This document shows positions 27,056 to 38,504 of a DNA stretch of 64,000 nt, one piece after another. Numbering within the stretch: the stretch's first letter is position 1; each line of letters opens with the position of its first letter. A program made the translations under genes and the position numbers. The notes under the pieces were generated by a model, which worked only from the letters and a program-made list of their open reading frames with translations, did no database searches and was not told the origin of the DNA. Source of the DNA: Eledone cirrhosa (lineage: Eukaryota). The stretch lies in assembly GCA_964016885.1 (NCBI GenBank), contig OZ024740.1, positions 43,896,001-43,960,000 of the forward strand, written 5' to 3'.

Positions 27056-28221
27056 TTCTTCTTCTTCTTCTTCTTCTTCTTCTTCTTCTTCTTCTTCTTC
27101 TTCTTCTTCTTCTTCTTCTTCTTCTTCTTCTTCTTCTTCTTCTTCTTCTTCTCTCTCTCTTTCCCCACCCCCCGTCAAACTTGGGCGAAATTCTTTCCTT
27201 GCTCACATTTCAACCAGGTTTGATGGTCTTTTGTCTCTTGTTCACGATTTTACAGAGTTTATATTCATAGAGATCTGGGACTTGTCTATTTCTACTCACT
27301 TTCCGTTGCTAAAACTTTTTTGTTGTTACTCTGGCGTCCCCCTTTATTTACGTGTCCCAACGACTTTTTTTAGCCGTTGTTCGCACCAACCCGAGGCATA
27401 TGGCCCTTAAAGCGATGAAATGCCCAGGACGGTTGGAGGGTCACTGATGAAGGACTCACTTTTCATATGTATCCGATTTGCAACGCCGCAGCTCCATTAT
27501 TATCATATTTACACATATATTTTTTCCATGCTGCCATTCGTGTTTCGTTTGTATCTTTACCCTTTCTAGCAGTCTCTCTCTCTCTGTTAGCCTCCTCCTC
27601 AACTTTCACTCACTCATTCTCTGTCACTACCTCTCCTCCTCCTCTTTCCTCCTCCTCCTTCAAGTTTGACCTGTGTGTAATTCTTTTCTCGCGCGGTCTT
27701 GACCAATCTGGTATGGAATTTGTTTCCTCTCTCTCTTTCGTCTGCGACTTCACAAAACTTACGTTTACTGAATTCGTAGAACAGACCCCTTTATCTTCTT
27801 CTTCTTCTTCTTCTTCTTCTTCTTCTTCTTCTTCTTCTTCTTCTTCTTCTTCTTCTTCTTCTTCTTCTTCTTCTTCTTCTTCTTCTTCTTCTTCTTCTCT
27901 CCTTTTTCTCTCTCTCTTCCCCCCCCCCCCCCCGACAAACTTGGGCGAAATTCTTTCCTTGCTCACATTTCAACCAGGTTTGATGGTCTTTTGTCTCTTG
28001 TTCACGATTTCACAGAGTTTATATTCATAGAGATCTGGGACTTGTCTATTTCTACTCACTTTCCGTTGCTAAAACTTTTTTGTTGTTACTCTGGCGTCCC
28101 CCTTTATTTACGTGTCCCAACGACTTTTTTTAGCCGTTGTTCGCACCAACCCGAGGCATATGGCCCTTAAAGCGATGAAATGCCCAGGACGGTTGGAGGG
28201 TCACTGATGAAGGACTCACTT

Positions 28222-28229
<8 letters not shown>
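21469..28229 (+). repeat. Tandem array of nine ~720-810-bp units with internal variable (TTC)n; retrozyme-like
   Basis: Recurrent landmark atgcccagg at 22177, 22914, 23670, 24400, 25121, 25863, 26614, 27420, 28180; begins and ends with atgaaggactcactttttcatat; TA flanks. Confidence 0.97.
22143..22219 (+). ncRNA. Candidate non-circularly permuted hammerhead ribozyme (copy 1 of 9; others at 22880, 23636, 24366, 25087, 25829, 26580, 27386, 28146)
   Basis: GGCA-TA-TGGCCCT (22152-22164), GAAA-TGCC (22174-22181), AGGGTCA-CTGATGA (22194-22207): stem III 5 bp, stem I 7 bp, AUA triplet, intact core. Confidence 0.7.
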
Positions 28230-28279
<50 letters not shown>

Positions 28280-28282
28280 GTA

Positions 28283-28324
<42 letters not shown>

Positions 28325-28522
28325 AAGAAACAAAAAGAAGCTTTTATCAAAATTTCATGTTAGAAACTTTATTTTATTTGCATCACGTTACCTTAGTGAA
28401 TATTAATATTTAATGTTCAGAAAGATATTGCGCTAATGTTAACATTCGCCTGACGACACGTATTACTTGGGAAAAAAAAAGAAAACCAATCATTGCTGAA
28501 AATGACTGATTATATACATATA

Positions 28523-29967
28523 CTAGCAGTGTATCCCGGCGTTGCACGGGTAAGAACATTGGTAATAGCACCTCTAATGAGAAACATTTATTTGTGAGTG
28601 CCTGTTAAAAACTCAGGAAAATATTCCGACAGGAAACTTGTTTTATTTGGAGAAAATTAAGAAGTTGAAAGTACAGTTTAGCTGTCTACGTGCATTGTTC
28701 ATAGAAATATTGTTGAGCCCCTTCTTTTCATACTCCTTCTGTGACAGTTGTCCCCCAGCATTTCCACTCTGTTTTGCCCTATTGGAGTAAATGTGAAAGA
28801 GAAAGTCACAGGTTAAGTTGGCAGAAGGTTCCAGCGTCATAGCAGTAAGGCGTAGGTTACTTACCTCAAAAGTCATTCGCACTCTTTCCACTAAGTTACC
28901 CTCTCTCTCTATCTCTCTCAGTGCAGCCCCTTGCGAATTTCTCGCGTAGCTCTGGTGTAGATTTGCACCCGATCTATCTGCCCGATGCACATGTCCGCTG
29001 TGTACGGAGGAAGGAGTGACCAGCAGTACGTTGTTCGGTATTATTATGAAACAGTGTAGCAGAGAATCCCGCGTGAACTAACAGCTCGGGTGGAAACTGC
29101 TTACCTCGAGGATTCATTCGCCATCGTTCTTGTCAACTCTCCGTTCCGTTCAGTTGGTATTTGTTGTCTACAGTTAGATGAATGGCGCACAAAGGGTTAA
29201 TGTTTATTGGCAAGAAGTTTTTTGATTAATAAAAGACAGGTTAAACCGACCTACAATGTATCATTCTGCGTTGATATTAGCGGATTTTGTTATTGTCAAT
29301 GGGTGTTTTGGACGGCAGATTCGAGACCCTTCTGTTTCTCCCCCAATAAACTGACTACTATGAAGACCATTCCATGTTGGCCTGCGGATGGAAATGCAGA
29401 ACGCAAAGGTTAAATTTCAGTGGTAATAGGAGTCCTATGTAGCAGCAGTAATATTGACATTGCTTACAACGTGTGCTTTAACCCTTAACGGGATTTTCTG
29501 AAACTAAAAATTCAATCTGTGAACGCAGAAGTAGATATTTTGAAAAACGTTGCAACCGAAGGAAAACAGGAAGACGATACTTTGGTTCGTGAAGAAGTTC
29601 CCTGGCACTGAACGGAAAATAGCGACAAAAATACGTCATCAATGAGAACAATGTTTGTCATAATGTTCTAATGCAGACAGCCAGACATACAGACAGATAT
29701 TATAAGGGCGCGACGTTATAGCTATGTATCTATCTAAAAAGACAGACTAAGAAAGACAGAGAGATCGATAACCGGCGCCTAACACCTCTTTAACAACATA
29801 AAATTGAAACATAGAAGCTGCAGTTAATATCTTTAGACCGCAAGGAATATATAAATGCAAGTTTCAAGTCAATCGGAGTAGAAATGTGGATTTATATAGA
29901 CTTTGCAAACATTAGGACACACACACATAAACACACAGACAATTTCAGTTTTATATATATGTATAGA
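28523..29967 (-). mobile_element. Non-autonomous Helitron
   Basis: Minus 5' TCTATACATATATATATAAAA at 29967; 3' hairpin cccgtgcaacgccggg then CTAG|T at 28523. Confidence 0.75.
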
Positions 29968-29971
29968 CAGA

Positions 29972-30576
29972 TATCAAGTTGTATTCCTGTCTGTTTGTTT
30001 GTTCACGAACTCCTCCTATGGTTTTGGAGATAGATCCCCATAACCATATATAATCTGAAACTACATTGCCCAGGGGGCACAAAACCCCCGCTGAAGATTT
30101 TTTCCCTTCGATTTATATGAAATTCAAATCATAAGTAAATGACAAGAGATGATACCTATTCACACAATTTCAGCAAATTTCAATAATATTAACACACCCT
30201 AATTTGGGTTAAACCACCTATTAGGGTTCTCCGGAGGCACAAACCCCCGCTGAAAAATGTTTCCCTTCGATTTATATGAAATTTTAACCATAGGTAAATG
30301 ACAAGATATGATGCCTATTCATAAAAGTTTTGAATTGATATTTTGAAAAAAAATATTTACAAGAAACAAAATAAGAATAAGATTTAATAATGTAATTTTG
30401 ATTTGATATATTACAAAAAATAATGTTTTCCAATTTTTCATGCATTACATTTTACATTGAGTAGTATTGAAATGCAGAGTTTTTCTCCATAAATTATATC
30501 ACTGATTTAAAATCAATCATCATTTTCTTACAAAAAAACTGTGTGAAACGCAGCAAGGCGTGGGTAATTCGGCTAG
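29972..30576 (+). mobile_element. Non-autonomous Helitron-like element with internal duplication
   Basis: 3' hairpin acgcagcaaggcgt followed by CTAG|T at 30573-30576; ~30070-30170 repeated at ~30232-30325. Confidence 0.6.
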
Positions 30577-30588
30577 TATATATATATG

Positions 30589-30658
<70 letters not shown>

Positions 30659-30659
30659 C

Positions 30660-31310
30660 TATAAAGTATGTCCATAGAATCATTTGATAATATATATACA
30701 CCATTTCCTCTCCCAATTAGCATAATTAACCACACAAAAAAATCAATTAAACCAGGCTATAAGATTAAAAGGCACCCATGAAGAAATAGTAGATAAATAA
30801 ACGACACCAATCTATTCGCGACCAACGGCTATAGAATATTTACCCAACATTTCAATAGCATGTGGAAATCGATTAAATATCCCGTCAACCATACACAATT
30901 AGATATAAAATTAAAGCTAGAAGAGAAAATGCATATACACATACCAGGATTGCGTTTCTACCTTTAGGGTTTCGTTCGCTTTCGCAAATATCCTATTAAG
31001 GATAAAATCTCGAGCTTCGGCTTCATCAGGAAACAAACTCATTTGGACAAAGAATTTTCTTAAGTGATCCCCGTCAGAAACGAATTCAAAATGGCTAAGA
31101 ACTGTGACGTGGCAGTGGTTAAGTCAGAAAGAATGTGCTTGGTTGCTTACAGCGAGTGGGCCGGTTGCTAGAAAGCGCAGCCCAATATTGCCCAAATTGC
31201 ATCTCAACCTTAAGGGAGATTATTAAATATAAAGATTTACATACACAAATTAGACAAAGTCACAGATATATATGTTTTGGCAACTATTCACGATGTGTCT
31301 CAATGATGAA
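30660..31310 (-). mobile_element. TA-inserted pLTR-like repeat (family of 4515-5200)
   Basis: Colinear similarity with 4515-5200; minus cctgatga-agcc-gaagctcgag at ~31009-31030. Confidence 0.65.
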
Positions 31311-31757
31311 TACGTCATATGTGGAGCGTATTATCTTCGTTTTTTCCGTTCATTGCCAGAGAACTTCTCTATGAACCACCTAATAGAATATTAATCTACG
31401 ACTTCTTTTATACCATAAACGTGGTTTTGTCTTTGCGTGTAATTGTTTTTCACTGCTCCAAATAATGACGTATTATATTCGTTTTTTCCCGTTCTTTGCC
31501 AGGGAACGTTTCCACGAACCAAAGTATCGTCTTCCTATCTTCCTCCGGTTTCAACGTATTTTGAAATATTTACTTCTGCGTTCACAAATTGACTTTGTTA
31601 GTTTCAGAAGATCCCGTTAAGGGTGAAAGCAGCGATTCTTTGCTTAAACTTTAATCTGTTATTTTAATAAATATTTGCTCTACGCTTCTTATATATTTGA
31701 TATATATTTATCCTTATCGAGCCCTCTTTGGATTTTAGTCTTCAAATTTATCATTAT

Positions 31758-31765
<8 letters not shown>
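31310..31765 (+). mobile_element. Solo pLTR of the 44-47 kb PLE, with hammerhead variant at 31600-31650
   Basis: Similar to 46730-47050; AGTTT-[CAGAAGA]-tCCC-gttaa-GGGt-[GAAA]-GCA-gcgattctt-TGC-[TT]-AAACT. Confidence 0.75.
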
Positions 31766-31817
<52 letters not shown>

Positions 31818-32121
31818 GCATATGCATGCATATGCATATGCATACATACATACATACATGATGGCTGCCCCCTCGTTATCGAGTATGGCCATTGCACGAG
31901 AACAGAAAAAAAAAAAAAAAAATTAATAAAATAAAAAAAATATATATATATATATATATATACATACACACACACATACATTAATAACAATAATAATAAT
32001 AATAATAATAACAACAATAATAATAACGACAACAACAATAATAATATACATATGCATATATATATACACATACACGCACACACATAAGCATATCTATACA
32101 CACGCACACACACGATAGCAA

Positions 32122-33918
32122 CTAACAGCGCTGCGATCGAATGTGGCTTTTTAGCCCAGCCAATGATCTAAAATGTCTTGCACAGAGTCGGCAACCAAAA
32201 CATTCACTGGGAATAGTCGGTTGTGGTTGGAGTTCGTGTAATTTTGTATGTCGCTTGAGCCCACCTGCTGATTTACATTCTCTACCACATGTTTGGCAAG
32301 CATGATGAGTAGCATCTCCAACAGCAGCCTGGTAGTCAACCAATGGTCTTACTTTATGACTGCGAAGATGACTTTCTAGTCTAGCTTTGCTTAGGCAGAG
32401 TCTCGCACATACGCTGCATGTCAGCACCATAGGAGGACGCTCGCCGTCTGGAAGTGCAACAGCAATGCCCTTCCTCACATCCCGCTTTACTTTCTCGTAT
32501 GCGATTCGAGATGCCTCAAAGGCAACTTTTCCCTCATATACAGTCTTTCTCCATTTATTACGATCAGCAGCAATATTCTCCCATGTATCAGCAGAGATGT
32601 TAGCGTCTATCAGAGATGCTTTCAAGGAATCCTTATACCTCTTTTTTGGTTTATGTGGCGGTCGTTTTCCTTTAACCAACTCTCCATAAAAGAGTTGTTT
32701 TGGTATTCTAGAATCCTTCATCCTGGCAAGGTGACCACTTCAACGGAGTCGTTGCTTAAGCACAAGAGCTTCTATACTGTCTCACATAGAGCTTTCCAAA
32801 ATCTCGATATCACTGATGTGGTCCCTCCAGTGAACGCCATGGATCCGTCTGAGACACATCTGATGGAAACGCTCCAATTTCTTAAGGTGGTGTCGATATG
32901 TGACTCAGGTCTCGCAGGCATAAAGAAGACAAGAGAGCACACATGCCCTGTACACCTTTACCTTTATCCTCCAGCATATGTCTCGCCGACCCCAGAGTCG
33001 CCTTTCTAGCTTTCCGAAAGCATCACTTGCTTTCCTAATCCTAAGTGAGATTTCACTGTCAAGGTTGCCGTATCGATTGACAGTGCTTCCCAGGTAGACA
33101 AACTGATCAACCACTCCAAGTCGTTTGCCATACACATAGATGTTTGGTTCAGTGTACTGCTTACCAGGGGCAGGTTGGTACATGACGACGGTTTTCTTGA
33201 GACTGACAGTCAATCCTAGGGCAGTGCAAGCGTCAGAAAATGCATTCAAAATGTGCTGCACATCACTCTCTGTGTGCGCTACAAGATCGCAATCATCTGC
33301 ATACAAGAGGTCTCTTATGATTGATGTAAATACTTTTGTCTTCGCAGCAAAGCGCCTGATGTTAAGTACGCTGCCTGAGGTTCGATATCGGATGTAAACA
33401 CCATGCTCGCAATTCCTGAATGCAATACAGAAAACCATTGCAAAGTATATGGCAAACACGGTCGGTGCTGGAATATCCCCCTGTTTCACTCAATTTTTTA
33501 CTGAGATAGGCTCCGACATGTTACCTCCGACATTAACCCAAGCCTTCATGTCGTCATGGAAAGACTTAACTAAAGCAAGGAACTTATCAGGGTAACCAAG
33601 TTTCTGGAGAACCTTCCATAATGCATCTCTGTTAACAGTATCGAAAGCTTTTGTCAGATCGACAAAAACCTGATACAGATCCAAGCCTTGTTCCATGCAC
33701 TTCTCCTGGAGCTGTCTAGCTGAGAAGATCATATCAGTAGTGCCGCGTCCAGCACGAAAACCAGATTGACTTTCAGGAAGAACACAATCTGCAATGTGTG
33801 TCAGCAGACGGTCCAGAAGCACCCTACATAAAACTTTCTCTACGACAGAAAGCAATGATATACCTCTGTAGTTCCCATAATCATTCCTGTTACCCTTTCC
33901 CTTGTACAAGACCACCAT
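32122..33918 (-). pseudogene. RTE ORF2 RT and C-terminus with three C2H2 zinc fingers (disrupted)
   Basis: NYRGISLLS, QSGFR, FVDLTKAFDTV, KQGD..AP, LLYADD, FVYLGS, RIPKQLFYGEL, three CxxC..S..GL..H motifs. Confidence 0.93.
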
Positions 33919-33957
33919 TACTGCATCTCTCCAGTCCTCAGGTACGGATTCATTAGC

Positions 33958-35560
33958 CTATATCCTGCCAAACAAAGAGTGAAGATGCTGCAGGAGTCTC
34001 TCACCACCATATTGTAGGAGCTCAGCATGTATGCCATCAATACCTGGAGATCTTCGACTGTTCAGCTTCGAAATAGCCACTGCAACCTCCACAAGCGTCG
34101 GAGGTTCTGCGAGAGCTATTTTCACAGGACTTTCTGGAATGAGATTGAGGAAATCTTCACTGACGACAGACGGCTGATTCAAAAGATCATCAAAGTGCTC
34201 TCGCCACCTTCGTAGAATTCCTTGTGAGTCACGAAGAAGTTCTTTGCCATCCTTGCTGCGAAGCGGTGTCACCAAAGAAGACGGTCCATAAACCTCACGC
34301 AAGAGACTGTGCAACAGCTTTGTGTTATTGGAATCTGACGCAGTCTGTATCTCACCAGCCTTCTCACTCCACCACTGATCCTTCATCTGAGAAAGACTCC
34401 GCCTAACACGTGATTTTACATCCCTGAGTTCCTCATGCAACGTATTCCTCTCCTGTGGTTTTGCCGTCAAGTAGCGTGACAGAGCACGCCTCTTATCAGC
34501 CAACAAGTCTTCTATATGTACATCATTCTCATTAAACCAGTCCTGATGTTTCCTCTGCGCCAATCCCAGAACACGCCTGCCCACATCATAAACCGACTTT
34601 TTAAGAGTCGGCCAATCCTCACCAAGATCTGCAGCCTGCATCTCTTCTTCCAATGTCCTCTTCACATTTTTATCCTTAAGACGAGCAGCATTCAATCTTT
34701 TGGGCAGGGCAACACCAGGAGCCCGGATTTTACCTTTAGTGATTAGTTTCACTTTTGCGCGTACCAGGCGGTGGTCCGCCCAGCACTCAGCTCCACGAAG
34801 AATACGAACACACTGCACATCCTGTCTGTCACGCATCCTGACTAGGACGTAGTCCAAAAGATGCCATTCCTTAGATGCAGGATGCATCCATGTGGTCTTG
34901 AATTTGTTCTTTTGTTGGAACATGGTGTTGGTAACACACAGATCCAGCTCCTCACACATCTGCAGCAGGAGCATACCATTGTTTTTACACTGTCCCACCC
35001 CATGCCTTCCGATTACATTCCATGTGTTAAAATCCCTACCCACTCTAGCATTAAAGTCACCAAGCACGATGACTTTGTCTGCCTGAGGGATATTTCTTAA
35101 AACACCTTTCAAGGCATGGTAAAAGGACACTTTTTCTTCATCGACAGAATTCATAGTTGGAGCATACACACTCACCAGGGTCGCATATCTTCCCTTGTCC
35201 AGCGGAACTCTCATGGACATAAGACGCTCACTAACCCCTAATGGGAATTCTTCTAATTTATTCACAAGTACAGTCTTAACAGCAAATCCTACCCAGCCTC
35301 TCTTCTGGTTGCTTCATCTCTTCCTTTCCAGAAGAATGTATATTCTCCACAAAATTCCGTAGGATGACCATCTCCAGCTAACCTCGTCTCAGATAAAGCC
35401 ACGATGTCAAGATCGTAACGTCGAAGCTCCTTTGCAACAAGAGCGGTACTTCGTTCAGGACGCTCGAAGGAATCCCTGTCAAGCAGCGTCCGTACGTCCC
35501 AGCAGCCAAGACTAAATGCCTTGTTTGGCTCTATTACAATGGCACGATAACAAGCGGGCC
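33958..35560 (-). pseudogene. RTE ORF2 AP-endonuclease and linker
   Basis: WDVRTL, IVALSETRL, SVYAPT, LGDFNARVG, TWMHPASKEWHLLDYVL, ADHRLV, SPGIDGIHAE. Confidence 0.93.
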
Positions 35561-36015
35561 CAGGCTGTGATAACCTGGGGCCCCTGCCCTTATTGCCAAT
35601 TATCTTTTTTGTTCCAGAACCTAAATTGCCAATTATCTCTTTTATATTGTTCTGGAACATCATTGAATTGGAAAAAAAAGAAAGAAAAAAAAAAGTAATA
35701 ATAATAGTAATAATAATAATAATAATAATAATGATTTCATTTATTAGCCACAAGGGCCGACATGTAGGGGACAATACAAAGACAGGGACAGTGGGGGTTT
35801 ACAATAAGGTCGAGTAAAAGTGCACAATGGCAAGACTAATTTAACAATGAAAATATAAAATATAAAATATAAAATAAACTATGCAAAATATAACAAAATA
35901 AATTCCCCGATAGGGGGTGGACGACCCTGGGGTGATTCGGGTACCCCACCAATCCTGAACCACCCGGCGCTTCTAGGGCACCCAGGAGAGCACCCCTCTC
36001 CTCAAGTTAGCTAGC

Positions 36016-38463
36016 CTATAGGCGCATGGTCAGAGTAGGCCCATTCACACGAGCCATTCTTGCCACATTCACCCACCTTTTAGCAAATGTACTGGGGGGC
36101 AGCACTTCTCTCTCCACCCTCACCCTCCTTTCCAGGTGAAACTTGAAGAAGTTGATGAGGGATTGGCCGAAGAGAAAAGTGTCTGTCTTTAGTCCTTTCA
36201 ACCTGGTCCACCATATACTTTCTTTCGCAACTGCCACCAGACAGAGGAAAATGTCTTGCTCTTCCTGACCTAAGGAAGGTGGCGGCTCGATCTTCACTAT
36301 GGACTCGGCCGATAACTGGATTCGTTCCACACGCGAAAGTAGCTGTTCGACATAACTCCACAAGTCAGTAATGCACGGACATTGGACAAGTGCGTGCAGA
36401 ACGGTTTCGTCGTTCTGTGCGCATCTTGGGCAGGTCCGTCTGACAGCACTTCCGTGCCTGTAGAGTTTATCCCGAACCGGCAGTGCCCCCCGGTAGCACT
36501 GCCAAGCGAGGGATTTCTGGAAATTGTCCATCGTCCCCGGCTCAAAAGTCCTCCGGTACAGACTGGTCAGTTCGACTTCGTCGAGGCCCAAAGCTTCTCC
36601 GAGTGCGTCATCGCACTTGCCCACCACTAATCCTCTATAGAACTCGAGAGTGGAAGTTCCACTGATCGCATTGCCCACTTGGTAGAGGGCAGTGAGTGCC
36701 TGGCAACATTCCAGGTGCCAGTCACCCAGTCTCGGTCTCTTCGTGACCCAGGACTGCAGCTCAGTCAAAGAAATGAGCTGCGGAAAGGCCCGTCTGATAA
36801 ACGGCGACCACACCTGTTCACCATTGAGGCAGAATATCTGGAGATGTCGCAGCCTCAACGCATGTCTGCGCATCATTAGCCACGGCATGCCCAGCCCTCC
36901 GTGTAGAGGGTGCTGGCAGCAGATGGACCGCCTCACCAACGGAACTTGTCCCCTCCACAAGAATTTGAAGAGGAGCCGTTCCAACTTGACGAGGCGCGGA
37001 CGGGGGCAAGGCACGACGGTTAGGCGGTAATAGATGACGGACGCGATGTACGCATTCGCCACCTCCGCGCGACCTTTCAGTGATAGCTTCCTCCCAGCCC
37101 ATTTTTGGGTGAGACTGGCTACTCTGCTCGTTACCTCGTCCCAATTCTTTTCCACCTGGAGGTCTGGTCCGAACCAAACCCCGAGCAACTTTACTGGTCC
37201 GTCCGTCCAGCGCCCCACGACGCTGTTGGACGGCATGGGCTTGCCTCTCCAGGTTCCGAGCTGCAAGCCCACCGACTTTTCCGGGTTAAGTTTGGCTCCT
37301 GTCAACCTTTCATATTCTTTCAATAAGGTGCCGACCACCTCGATTTCTGAGGTGTTCGACACCATCACGGTGATGTCGTCCGCATAAGCTGACACCGCCT
37401 TTCCACGTCCCGGTTCAAGCGGGATGCCCTGCAACAGCTCCAGCTTCCGCAGTAAAGGCTCGAGAGTCAATACGTACAGAAGGGAAGAGAGAGGGCACCC
37501 TTGACGGACCGATCGGGAGAGCCGAAATGGTTCCGAGAGGTGGCCATTAACTTTGACCACCGAGCGTGTGTCGCTGTGCATTGCAACGATCCAGCTTCTA
37601 AAGACAGGGCCGAAGCTAGCTGCTTTGAGGACAAACTCCAGATACCGATGGTAGACCCTATCGAATGCTTTCGATTGATCTAAATTGATCAGTGCCCCAC
37701 CGAAGCCAGGTTTGCACCCTAGCCTCTCTATGATGTATCGCATGAGGTGGAGATTGTCGTGTATGGACCTGGCTTGGATTGCGCAAGTTTGCGCCTCCCC
37801 AACCAAATCCTCGACGACAAGCGCCAATCTCTTTGCTAACACCTTGGCCAAAATCTTAAACTCTGTGTCGAGCAGAGTTATGGGCCTGAAGTTGTCTAAT
37901 GTATCCCTCTTGTTCTCGTCTTTCCTTATCAGCGTCACCACTCCCCTGCTCACAGAACTGGGAATACTCCCATTCTGCTGCCAGTTACAGTAGAGTGCTT
38001 CAAGGAGTTCGGAGAACAAGTCTGGCATATTTACGTAAAGCTCGTAGGGCAGGCCATCCAAGCCTGGTGACTTGCGCCTCATGCAGCCGACAAGGGCGTC
38101 CTGAATTTCGGCTGAAGTAATCGGCCTTTCGCAGCGCTCAGCGTCGACCGTCGAGATGCGCGGCAAGCCGTCGAGGTAGGGACTGAAATCCGCTACTCTC
38201 TCTGACCCGCCACTCTCCCCGAACAACCGAGCAAAGTGCTGGCGAAAGGCCTCACACATCCGCTTGGAATCGCTTATCTCGTGTCCGTCTCGGTCCGCCA
38301 AAGACCGAATTGTGGTTTTATTACCACGCTGCGCCTCCGCCACGCGGGCCCATCGAACAGCTTTAGTTCCCTCGTTTCTCAGCGCACGCGCCTTAGCTCT
38401 GACAATGCAACCTTCGTGTTTGGCATTGAAGAAATGGTCTAATGCCATTCTCGCCGCTAGCAC
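36016..38463 (-). CDS. Tx1-like ORF2 reverse transcriptase with C-terminal CCHC zinc motif
   Basis: KSPGLDGLPYELY, FRPITLL, LDQSKAFDRV, VRQGCPLS, AYADD, GGLGMP, CPRC...ETVLHALVQC; joined to APE by frameshift at C-run ~38514-38523. Confidence 0.95.
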   Translation of the reverse strand: MLAARMALDHFFNAKHEGCIVRAKARALRNEGTKAVRWARVAEAQRGNKTTIRSLADRDGHEISDSKRMCEAFRQHFARLFGESGGSERVADFSPYLDGLPRISTVDAERCERPITSAEIQDALVGCMRRKSPGLDGLPYELYVNMPDLFSELLEALYCNWQQNGSIPSSVSRGVVTLIRKDENKRDTLDNFRPITLLDTEFKILAKVLAKRLALVVEDLVGEAQTCAIQARSIHDNLHLMRYIIERLGCKPGFGGALINLDQSKAFDRVYHRYLEFVLKAASFGPVFRSWIVAMHSDTRSVVKVNGHLSEPFRLSRSVRQGCPLSSLLYVLTLEPLLRKLELLQGIPLEPGRGKAVSAYADDITVMVSNTSEIEVVGTLLKEYERLTGAKLNPEKSVGLQLGTWRGKPMPSNSVVGRWTDGPVKLLGVWFGPDLQVEKNWDEVTSRVASLTQKWAGRKLSLKGRAEVANAYIASVIYYRLTVVPCPRPRLVKLERLLFKFLWRGQVPLVRRSICCQHPLHGGLGMPWLMMRRHALRLRHLQIFCLNGEQVWSPFIRRAFPQLISLTELQSWVTKRPRLGDWHLECCQALTALYQVGNAISGTSTLEFYRGLVVGKCDDALGEALGLDEVELTSLYRRTFEPGTMDNFQKSLAWQCYRGALPVRDKLYRHGSAVRRTCPRCAQNDETVLHALVQCPCITDLWSYVEQLLSRVERIQLSAESIVKIEPPPSLGQEEQDIFLCLVAVAKESIWWTRLKGLKTDTFLFGQSLINFFKFHLERRVRVEREVLPPSTFAKRWVNVARMARVNGPTLTMRL

Positions 38464-38504
38464 GTCAGTTGCGATGCCACTACAAATAGCCTCGTCTAAC
38501 TTAT

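Larger units (their letters stand above)
31858..35695 (-). mobile_element. RTE-clade LINE (body and 3' end; 5' UTR displaced to ~41680-41980)
   Basis: APE-RT-ZnF ORF fragments; RTE-like 3' end ggccatactcgataacgagggggcagccatc + (atgt)n tail at ~31858-31890. Confidence 0.9.

Noticed and set aside
22177-28030. Repeated ORFs in the array (MPRTVGG..., MRRRLTE..., poly-E/S/K/R)
   Set aside because: Frames shift between units with homopolymer and TTC length; no domain motifs.
21469-28229. CRISPR-like or rDNA/5S/tRNA array
   Set aside because: No unique spacers, eukaryotic context, and no 5S or cloverleaf match.
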